Source: Laetmonice hystrix
Taxonomy: Eukaryota
DNA: 64,000 nt
NCBI GenBank assembly: GCA_965235115.1
Contig: OZ249436.1
Location: 37,760,001 to 37,824,000 of the forward strand
Direction of reading: 5' to 3'
The position numbers and the translations under genes are program-made. Below are positions 1 to 10,256 of the stretch, one piece after another; position 1 is the stretch's first letter; every line of letters starts with the position of its first letter. The notes beneath the pieces were generated by a model. It did no database searches. It had not been told where the DNA came from and was given only the letters and a program-made list of their open reading frames with translations.

Positions 1-1080
1 AGAAGTTATAAGCCTATAGTCAAGAAAAGAGTGTTCCACCCGATATGGCCTATAATGACAATGTCTTAGGTTTCACAACTGCACCCCTGCCCCCCCCCCC
101 CCCCCCCGCTAGGTACGGCCCTGCTATCTAGGTTTCCATGATCTTGGCAGACGCTGCAGCCTACGTCAGTAGGCTACGTGACACATTTGACGTTGGCTAG
201 GCCTCTCCGCGTGACGTGACGATGGTGACTGCATCGAAACAGACGACGGACGCGCTTCTAGACGATGTGCACAGATGGTGCCCATTCTTCAGTTCTGGCA
301 TGACCCAGTACGGTGCCATACTTGAAGACTCCATCAAAGGCCCATAATAGTCTCATAGACATTGGACCGTAGTCTGAAAGACGTCAGTTATGCGACCGAT
401 GTTCTTGTGTAGCACTGTACTAGGCCTATATACACGCATTTGGTGCACCGGAAGTGGGGAATAGCCCCGTTGTCTTTGTTCCGTTACGAATTATCGCATG
501 CATGTAGGCCTATGGCGTTCTCGGCTTAGAATCAATTTTTACGTCTCAGTAGGCCTGCCTACCGTTCTGCTTGGGTAAGGCATGGGCCTAGGCTATAGAA
601 AACTATCTGAGAAAATGATTAAAGGTTAAAAAAGGTTCAAGCAGGTGCTAACTAATGGAAATAGGCCTATAGGCTAGGCCTACCTTATAGGTTTGTAAAT
701 GAGGACCTACACTACAGAGGCAACCCACCGCCTGATGTTGACCCAATAATCTGAGGTTGAAAAGCGTAACCCAACACATTAAGATCTAACGTAAAGAGGG
801 CGGTGTACCGGAAGGCCTAGGCCTACCATGATGGCCCACAAGTTTTTTGCTGATAAGAGAGACCGGCCTCGAGACTGAGTGGTAGCCTAATAGGCCTACG
901 GATCCAGCAAAACACCAGTGAGATGGTATAGATCTAGATCTACCTGCTATAGCCTACGCCTTCCCGTATAGCTACACCAACCGAGTTAGGCCGCCTTTCC
1001 ACTGACGCGGTTTTAGCCGGCCGGCTAGCCGGCCGGCAAGTATTTTTATATGAACCCGGCTGTGAAGCGGCTGCCGCTAA

Positions 1081-1894
1081 AGCTACTGTCCCACTGCGCC
1101 GTTTAACGATTCCGTCTGAAAAACCATAGACCTAGAGTTTGCTCAAGTCTCACGGCAATTTCGTGAGCAAAGCTCACCGTGAGCACTGCTCATAGTACAC
1201 AAAGGAACCGGTGGACCGTGAGCAGCTCACGAAAAGTGCTGCTCAGCTCACGAAAATGCTGCTCAGCTCACGAAAATTGCACAACGGAACCGGGCCCAGA
1301 GCTGAGCAAGGGTGAGCAGAAGCTCATGCTCACCGTTTTGCTCACTGTTTTCGTTTTTTGGGGTCTTTTTTCGTGAGCTTGCTCACCATGAGCACGCCTC
1401 ATGAAAACCTCAAAAAACACGAAAACGGTGAGAATGAGCTCATGCTCACCCTTGCTCAGCTCAGCTCACCCTTGCTCACGGTGGAAAAGTAAACCAAAAA
1501 ACCGGGCTGGGCCTTCTCGGCCCACAGAACGATCGATGTGGAATGTCCACGAGCTACGACTGTTGTGAGGAGGCGATGGGTGGAGCTTGGCCTTTTTTAA
1601 AGACGGAAACTGAATGGTGATAGACGTATTTCAGACGTTTTTCAGCCGTTTTGTTCGTTACTCATACTTAAGCAGACGTTAATCAGGCGTTCGATGTTCC
1701 GTAAGCTGGGCTGAATGAAGACGTTACTCATACTTAAGCAGACGTTTCCCAGACGTATTTAGACGTTACTTATGCTTTTCCATCTACCGTTCATGGCAAA
1801 AAAAAAAAGAATTTGCCGCCGTCTGACACCGTCTGGCGTAAATATTTAGACGGAGGTAGACGGAATCGTTAAACGGCAGTATGGGACAGGGGCT
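1081..1894. mobile_element. PIF/Harbinger-type MITE nested in copy A
   Basis: Imperfect ~36-bp TIRs (agctactgtcccactgcgccgtttaacgattccgtct / agacggaatcgttaaacggcagtatgggacaggggct), TAA on both sides; empty site ccgcttagcgg in copy B. Confidence 0.85.
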
Positions 1895-2147
1895 TAAGCG
1901 GTCCACTCATCAACAGTCTCATCAAAGAACCAAGCTGCCAAGCAAATTCTGGTGATAGCCCTAGATGCAACAAGTCATTGTTTTACCGATACAATAAATC
2001 ACGTGTTGCATTTCCATGAAGTTCAGTGCCTAGTACCTATTAGTAGTGTGCGTATAATAGGCCTAATAATACGCCAAACTAAATTAACAACTATTTAGGC
2101 TATGATCCATGCCTGACAATGATAGGGAATGTCCACCCATTACTTAA

Positions 2148-3030
2148 AGGAGAAGTCCAGTCAAAAATCACATTTGGACAGCTGCAAGGCCTCTTTAGGC
2201 TATACACTCACCTTTCAGAGTAGTGGTTGGAAATAAATGTCCACTCCCCCTATTCCAAGAAGTCATATGTTGAACATGACAACCGTGTCAAAATCACTGG
2301 CTTCAGCGGCGCAGCCATTTGTTGCTATTGGGCTGGCCGGAAGTGACGTTCCGGGGCTAATCTATTGCATGCCGGGGCTCGGCTAGACTATCCTAGACTA
2401 AAGTAAAGGCAGCCGAGGCGGGTCGGCAAAATCAACGGGGGTCAGTCCCACAGTCAGAGTCACAACTAAAACAGGTCTGTGCTGAACTGACCACAGGAGC
2501 CTGACACTGCCAGCACCCGCCCGCGGTCGAAGCCACGGTCAGGGCCCGGCCCAGTGGCCCTGCGGGCCCCGTCAACATCACCTTCGAGCGGGACGAATTG
2601 AATGCCGGCGGCCGAAACCCACGGCTGGAGCTTGCCCAGATCCGTGTCCACCCTGATTTATCCCCTGACATCGGTAGGCTTAATTCCTAGCCATTCCTCA
2701 TCACTATGATCGATGGTTTTCGTCTATGTTCTAACAAATTTTGCTTATATAAATAAGCTGTCAACGTTCGCTCAACGCAACAGGTGCGTCAGTTTTTCGT
2801 TCCTCCCAAACTGGAGAGCAGTGGTTGGAGCATGCGCAATGTGAGATTAGCCCAACAAGCAGACAGCTATGGCCGCCATCACCAGCAGAGCAGGTTCTAA
2901 GCAGGCTCCGGCACTAAAGTACTTATATCTTAACTATTTGAGCACCAGTTCTGTTCAAATCTTTTTTAAATTGCTTAGAATATCACGGCCTGTGTGCCTT
3001 GCCTGTACACACTGGCGGTGGACGTTTCTT
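2148..3030. mobile_element. Kolobok-like non-autonomous element nested in copy A
   Basis: TTAA at 2144-2147 and 3031-3034; short imperfect TIRs AGGAGAAGTCCA / TGGACGTTTCTT with RR..YY ends; empty site ggcgttaagtaat in copy B. Confidence 0.8.
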
Positions 3031-3236
3031 TTAACGCCTTTTTTGGGCTATTTTAAAGACTCCACCCCCTGTATGGCAAGAGAAACGGCCCAAAAAGTGA
3101 AAGAATTTAATATGGGGCATCCCAGCGATGACGTCATTTTCATGGAATTCCCTGGCAGCTGAGCCGCGCGGGTCGTAAAAAATGGAAATGCTACCATTGA
3201 ATATTACTAGTTACCGGCCGGCTAAACCGCGTTAGT

Positions 3237-3688
3237 GCCTTTCCATTAACGCGGTTTAGCCGCCAGGGAATTCCATGAAAATGACGTCATCCCTGGGATA
3301 CCCCATATTTCTTTCACTTTTTGGGCCGTTTCTCTTGCCATTACAGGGGGTGGGGTCTTTAAAATAGCCCCCAAAAGGCGTTAAGTAATGGGTGGACATC
3401 CCCTATCCTTGCCAGCCATGGATCATAGCCTAAATAGTCGTTAATTTAGTTTGGCGTATTATTAGGCCTATTATATGCCTACTAGCCTACTAATACTAGG
3501 CACTGAACTTCATGGAAATGCAACACGTGATTTATTGTATCGATAAAACAATGACCTGTTGCATCTAGGACTGTCACCAGTATTTGCTTGGCAGCTTGGT
3601 TCTGTGATGAGACTCTGTTTGTTGATGAGTGGACCGCTTAGCGGCAGCCGCTTCACAACCGCGTTCATGGAAAGATACTTGCCGGCCG
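3237..3688. mobile_element. MITE copy B (inverted, truncated, uninterrupted)
   Basis: Starts gcctttccattaacgcggtttagccg; colinear reverse complement of copy A without the two insertions. Confidence 0.8.
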
Positions 3689-3890
3689 AAATGTATTTGG
3701 AGGGAACGAAATGTATTTGGAGGGAACGAAATATATTTCGAAGGGACGATACTGATTTCGAGAGAACGAAATGTATTTCGAGAGAATGAAATATATTTCG
3801 ATGGAACGAAATATATTTTGAACGATCGAAATATATTTCGATGGAACGAAATATCTTAGAATTCCCACATATCCCTTTAGGGGTTCCGTA
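3688..3890. repeat. ~20-bp tandem repeat (gaaatrtatttcgagggaac-like, ~8 copies) ending in a probable transposon terminus ...ccctttaggggttccgta
   Basis: 20-bp periodicity visible directly; CGTA end resembles the terminus of the element at 17781-18186. Confidence 0.75.
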
Positions 3891-3907
3891 CTAGGGAGAG
3901 GCAATGT

Positions 3908-4204
3908 CAGGGTTTCCGCCAGAAAAAAAATTAGGGTACGGACCAGAGGAGGGGTTAGGGTTAGGCTAACCCTAACCCTAACTGCTGTTACAGATATGTG
4001 AATTAATCAAATAAAGACTGCATATACTGTACAACATTATATTTGATTCCTTCAAGTTCCTCAAGGCATCATCACTGACATCAGGAGGTTTTTATCACGT
4101 CATGGAAAAATGATTACCTAACGATTTTTTGTGTACGGATCCGTACCCTGGGAAAATTTTAGGGTACGGAATTTTACCCATTTTACCCTCTGGCGGAAAC
4201 CCTG
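3908..4204. mobile_element. hAT-like MITE with 5-bp TSD
   Basis: Perfect 16-bp TIR cagggtttccgccaga / tctggcggaaaccctg; AATGT on both sides. Confidence 0.85.
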
Positions 4205-4690
4205 AATGTATATGCCAATGTGATCAGAGAAAATATGGCAACATGGCGGCCACATTTGTATTTTTACCCCCCCCCCCCCCCCAACACTTTTTTGCCTCAT
4301 ATCTCGAAAACGGTGCAAGATAACGCAATACTATATTATTGACAGATAGAAAGTCAGATATGAACTTTTGTTTGGCGCCATTTTCCATGACAATGAGCGA
4401 CCTCGAAAGGTCAATCAAGGTCATGCATATTTTTAATTGCCTGTACCTCTAAGCCAGTTGAAGATAACTTAATCTTGCATGAAACTTTACATAATAACCA
4501 GGGACAGTCTAAGGACACAGGTCGAACATATCATTAAGCTTGGTGCATGGCCATCTTGGATAAAGAAATTTTAAACAATAACTCTGACAAAATTGTCTGG
4601 ATTTCATTCTTGGTGACAGGAGCAGGCATACGAGGGGCAACAAGCGTGCCAAAAGTACGCATAATTCCTGGACCCACAGATAATTAGGGT
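4205..4690 (-). mobile_element. Partial inverted copy of the Helentron/HINE-like repeat at 19911-20687
   Basis: Reverse-complement similarity to ~19955-20410 (e.g. aacttttgtttggcgccattttcca; ctgacaaaattgtctggatttc; gcatacgaggggcaaca). Confidence 0.8.
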
Positions 4691-4747
4691 GTTCAGTATA
4701 GGCAACTGTATGGAAAGCACAATGAACACATTTCTCTCTTAACTGAA

Positions 4748-7700
4748 TTTATTTTGATCATATTAATCGTGTGTATAGTACAATAACCTGGAACTTCTCC
4801 ATATATTATTACAGTATACATCCAGCCCAGGAAAAGATCGAACAACGACCGTGGACTTTTTAAACAAATCCTTGCGCAGATTACTTGGAGGTGGTGAGGG
4901 CGAGCGCCCCCTGGCGTGGATAACCATCACACCATAGATACAACTGCAAGGGTTTCCAAGGTCTTCTTGTATATTACAGAGTACACTGATCTATTTTCAT
5001 TTTTCATGAAATAAATCATAATAGTTACAAAACATGGCTCCTGTGCAACCAATAACAAAAAATAATGAAACATATTACAACTCTTATTATACACATGTAC
5101 AGCTTAAACTGAAATCATTATATCATCTACACTGTCATCAGAAGTTTTGCACAAAAACATTACACACACCATATTCAATACCTTTTACATTACACGCCAT
5201 AGTCAATATAGATAAGAGCTTTAAAAATACAACTCACTAATATTCAGGATTTTTGACTAAATACATGTAAAATGAAGGTTTTTTTTATTTTAGATGCTGT
5301 CTGTTCCCCATTCAAGAATCCTTCTATGCCAACAATCTACTCCATGATCACAATGACAAGACTAGGTGTTTTTTTTTACGATACATGTACATTATAACAT
5401 GGGCTACTACATTCTCAGGATCGGAGGATCCAAGGGTGCCCCCTACTGGTAATGGACTGAACTACAGTACAATCTGGCTGACCAGAAGCCACAACACTAA
5501 CTTGGCGTTCTGGCAGCGGCTATAACGTCCGACAGACTGGGCACATACGCAGCAGTAACTGCTAGAATAACACACACAGCCCGTATATATGCCGGTCTTG
5601 TGTACAGGTATTGGGAATGTGACATAGTTTGAGTTGAAATAAATTGGGAATCCGCCACAGTCTGTATCGTTAAATTACCCACTGAGAAGTTGGTTCATAT
5701 AGATTATAGGGTGGAGACTACGGGTTGACATGTATACACGAGTACACTGGGTACATTGGTGCTCTCCTTTTCCAAGGTGACACTATGGTTAATATATTTT
5801 ACGCTTCATCAATTTGTTTTTAGGTCGAGTATCAAGGTTTCTTCTTGAGAATTACTTATGACCTTGCCAGAGGAAAGGTCAAGTTAGCACGAAAAGTCAC
5901 CCATAAGAGGCGTCACCTTCTTTACAAGCGTCAGACATGATTTTTTCTTTACTCAAAGTTTGTCTTCAAGTAAATTGCTTTACGCAGCAATGAAACAGCA
6001 AACCGGTCATCTAATAGTGACCACGATGGACCTGGGGTGGGGTTACACTTACAGGCAGTGACCTGGGTCCTGCCTAAGGTCAGGGTCATGACCTTGGGTG
6101 ACCTCTCTTGCAGGAGGAGTCCTCCTCCAGTAGCTATCAGCAGATGTGGGTTGTCCATTAGGGTCCGGAGGGTGGTCAAGGCACTGCCAAACAAGCTGGA
6201 GTATTTTCGTCAGGAGTTTGGGTTGCGGCCATGGCAACGGCGTCAAGCATAGAATGTGTACTGGGTCACATGACAGTTGTAGAGGAGAAAGACCGCGTCG
6301 GTTTACTTATCTTTATCTAATCGTATCTTATCTTCTCCCCTAGTTCCTAACAACTGAAAGATATCTTCTCCTGTCCAACACAAACACAAAGCACCATTTG
6401 AGTGAGTGCAAGATTTGTTAGTCATTGCTATCTAATTAAGATACGGTTTCTGTTGACTGTTTTTAACAGCGTTCCCCTTCCCAGTGACAACGGAGACAAA
6501 AATATTTTAACCATTAGACTATCGCCCTCTTCATGACTAGTGAACTATAAATATTTCTACACAATCACTAGATCTAAGAACAAACGTTTTGTTCACTCGG
6601 CCAAGAGACCCGTCTGCACACAAGGTATCCATCTATATCTATAGGACCTCTTACTTTGTACCTAATTTCATCTATGATGTAACAAATACCATTTGGGATT
6701 GCGTCTTTTAGTGTACCCTTCACCAATATATCTGACGCCTGTTGACATAATCTCTTCAATATACATTCACCAGATCGGCCTTGATTAGGACTCACTAAAC
6801 TCTGCCACTGCAAGTATAACGTAATGGTGTCTGCTTGTCATCTATGATTGGCAGTCAGTTTTATTACTCATAATAGAAGTAGAGAATACACTTGACAGTA
6901 CACCTACATGTAATCTTGGTATGGCTCTACTTTATGACGCTAGTAATCTAGTGCAAAAAGGGACCTGTGTGGGGCGCAACGGGACTCCAACTCTCAGGAC
7001 ACGTGAAAGGCCACCTGGCGGCCAGTGTCAAGCACCAGATGACTTAGTGGCTCCCCCTGGCAGGCGATGCTATACGTACGTCTGTGGACTCTCTAGAGGT
7101 CATTCTCCCAGGTCGTCTGATGCAACACTTAAGTCACAAAGATATATCCTATAACCCTACATAACAACATATATAATCCTGTAACATTACACAATTTCTG
7201 CTCAACGATGACTATTTATTTAAATAGCAAATAGAAACCATGGCCATGCAGGGACAACAGATTGGCGCTATTGTTTGTTTTTGGCCTTGGATAATTTCAC
7301 ATGGTTTAAGTTCTGACAAAGTCTGGCAGAATGAAAGCTTTGGTATAGCCTATAGGCTGGACAACATACTTTGTGGTAAGATAATCAACATGAGAGAAAC
7401 ACACACAAGACACGGAGTCAGGCGATACATGATTTCTTGTCGTTGCCACACGACTTGTACACAACATGCATTACGACTGCCCTCTCCGCCTCACGACTCC
7501 AACTCTCCCGTGTTGCTCTGGCAACCTGTCTGGACGTCACGTCTGGCTGCATAGGAACAGACCTCGTCGTGCCTCATGGGCGCATCACAGAAACAGAACG
7601 ACAGCAGTACAGGTAGGTTTAGCCTGTGTGCTTACTTACCCATACGGGCACCGTGGCCTTGTGTGACAAGGGACTTGATAACAGCATGGATACAATCCGA

Positions 7701-10211
7701 ATAAGAAGCACTGGCAACGGCGCATGCCACTGCACTAACTCTGTCATCATTACAAGGGGTCAGAGTCCCTCTTAGATTACGCATTATATGTTTACTATTG
7801 CACACTCTGGTAACTTCCTAACATCACTTTGTGTTCATTTGGTATCCAGGACTGACTTTCCTATAGACCGACCGGTATTTACGGTATTTACAATGTACCA
7901 GATCTCTATAATGTGTCTGCGACCACAATAACCAAGGCATGTTGGACAAAATCTAACTCGTAAAACAAAGAGTACTATGAGCACGTGTGCACTCCACTAT
8001 TCCACAAAGTCGGTCCCGGAATCCATTACTCAGGATCAACAAGAACAGGAATCATATAGAAATTTTCTATTGTTTGCCTTCGGCAAATCTAGCCGCTACT
8101 ACAGACAGTAAAGATGTATGTACTTAGTAACATGAGATCATTGTTAGGTTACACTGTACGGAGGTGAGAGCTGTCCTCAAACACCCTACACTCTCCGCTC
8201 TTGCTGGGAACTATAATCGTCAATAATAAATTATTTACTCGCGTACTGTACTTTACTTGGCGACATCACGGCCACATGGAAATGGATCTAGGTCGAAAAG
8301 CCCTCTGCACTGCAAAACATCACAATCTTATAATCTTTTTCAGGGGACTTAATTTCCCTCTTCTAAGTTACTTTTTTCATATTATCTTCTATATCTTGAT
8401 TTCCTATCAGCATGAGGTGAGGCCGATGAAGAAACTCCGGGTATTATATATATTCTACAAGTCCACAAAATAAACTACTCACTACAGTCACCATGAATGT
8501 TAATTTGTCACCATTTACTTATAACGATTTGTATCGGGTCAGTCGCGCTGACATTTATTGCATACTACCACTGCTAGCCTTTTACTTTGTGAGCTTTCCT
8601 CTGAATAACCAAGTCATGGAATTCCTATCAATGTCCATTAGGTACCTTGCTATATGTATATTTACAGGAATAAAATATATACATTTCTACAACATAATAT
8701 ATATAATAATATGTATCTGTTTAGAATGTTTCCCTCACAACCTTAAATAGACCAACAGGTAGTTGGGATCTGTAAATCAAAGATGAGATAATATCAAAGC
8801 TATACTCGTCCTGGTTGCTACTACCTGAATGTAAATAGTCGTGATTCCATCCACTAACTGCGTAGATTTTACAGGTAATTTCTAGAGTGTACCCTGACTT
8901 CTCAAATAAGATAATACAATAACTGCAGGCTGTTGTATGTATACGGGCAATGTTCCTACTCGGGGATACGTCTCAATGCCAACTACCGACAATGGCGCCA
9001 CCTAGTGGTCACAATGCAGACTAGCAATTCCCTAGCGCCACCTATCGACAGGCACGGCACGTGAGTTGCCCTATTGCACCACCTATACGACAACCAAAGG
9101 TTTTTAGGATAGATCTAAAAACGTACATTAGATATAAGACGTTTCCTAACTTTATGCTGGGATTTCTCCCATATTTTCTTTACACATAGCCAGACGATGG
9201 CTGACATATAATATGTATACATACACAAATTAAAGTATGAAACAAACAGGCCCTTCAGCATTGTATTGTGGCCTCTCTGACAATCACACAAGACTGGCAA
9301 AGTTTGTGAAGTTACCTAAATCTACCCGACCTGTTTTAGTGTCACTAACCCCCGCCACTTAATGCAATTCCGTTAGGTTTATTGGATCAGGTTGGTGGTC
9401 CAATGTCGCCTTTGTTTGTTCTCATAATTTACAAGGCGCATTGGAGTCATACAGACATTGGATTTCAGGATAGGATTGGTCTGAACTGATAGAGTTATAC
9501 GCCTGGCTTTATGGCGTATAATACAGACAAATTACACAACATGTCTGAACCCCTGGCCAGGTCCTCATGGTTAGTGTGATGGCAGCCCTCAGGAGGGCAG
9601 CACACACCGCAGAACATCCGGAGCTCTCAGCTACCGGTACTGGTACATTTACAGCAAATTCCACCAGAACGGACTTAAATACTTTCATTCTGTTGACCAT
9701 TCAGACTGAAGACGTCTCAATCAAAAACTTAACATTTATAGTCCACATTGAGCATACATTCAGAATAGCAGAAATGTCCAGATCATATCCACATCCTAAG
9801 CATTCTGCCACCCCAATCCTATATTGTCGACTATTAAAATGACTTCCTACGCTCTCTCCCACCCTCTACTGTACAGATACGTCTGCTATAGTCATTCTAC
9901 ACTCTGCCAACAACACACGTTATGTGGTAGGTATAAGGCCATCACCGGCCTAGCCCAACCAGACAACTGGTAATAGTATCACGTGATGTGCCTATATAAA
10001 GCGAATGGAATGGTTGAAAGGGAGGCGGACGGTCCAGTCAGTGTGTCGACACCCGCCGCCCCCTAGTCACAGTCAGTTGAAATGGCCACCATCTCGGTTG
10101 CCTGGAGTTGTCGTGCTCTCTTCACCCTCCTCCTCCTGCTCCTGCTCCTCCTCCTCCTCCTCCTCATTTCTGTCCTCCTCCTGTTCTCAGACATTAGCGA
10201 TGATGTTCGTG
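4748..10211 (-). other. Probable long 3' UTR of DMXL, with distal AATAAA at 4748-4753
   Basis: About 5.5 kb with no recognisable transposon after the stop codon, ending at a minus-strand AATAAA just before transposon-dense DNA resumes. More proximal AATAAA hexamers exist near 5284, 6861 and 7215. Confidence 0.5.
10114..10182. repeat. Imperfect (TCC)n microsatellite just 3' of the DMXL stop codon
   Basis: tcctcctcc runs. Confidence 0.9.
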
Positions 10212-10256
10212 TCACCATGACGTCACAACGTTGTCTCGGTCTGGAAGCTGGCGAAC
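10212..10256 (-). CDS. DMXL: DMXL terminal coding exon: VRQLPDRDNVVTSW*
   Basis: ccag|GTT CGC CAG CTT CCA ... TGG TGA; continues the family-like ending CGADGSMK-VRQLP. Confidence 0.88.
   Translation of the reverse strand, partial: VRQLPDRDNVVTSW

Larger units (their letters stand above)
993..3236. mobile_element. Non-autonomous DNA transposon (MITE) copy A, interrupted by two nested insertions
   Basis: Left end gcctttccactgacgcggttttagccggccgg; right end ccggccggctaaaccgcgttagtg. Segments ~1030-1080, 1895-2147 and 3031-3170 are the reverse complement of 3250-3690. Confidence 0.75.

Noticed and set aside
196..373. Minus-strand exon-like segment after tctttcag
   Set aside because: Short open frames with no recognisable protein; cannot be supported as a neighbouring gene.
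2432..2671. Short ORFs inside the TTAA-flanked element as transposase remnants
   Set aside because: No THAP or DDE motif is recognisable.
10063..10214. Poly-Arg/Glu ORF or stop-codon readthrough after TGA-C
   Set aside because: An in-frame TAA follows five codons later; the run is a TCC microsatellite.
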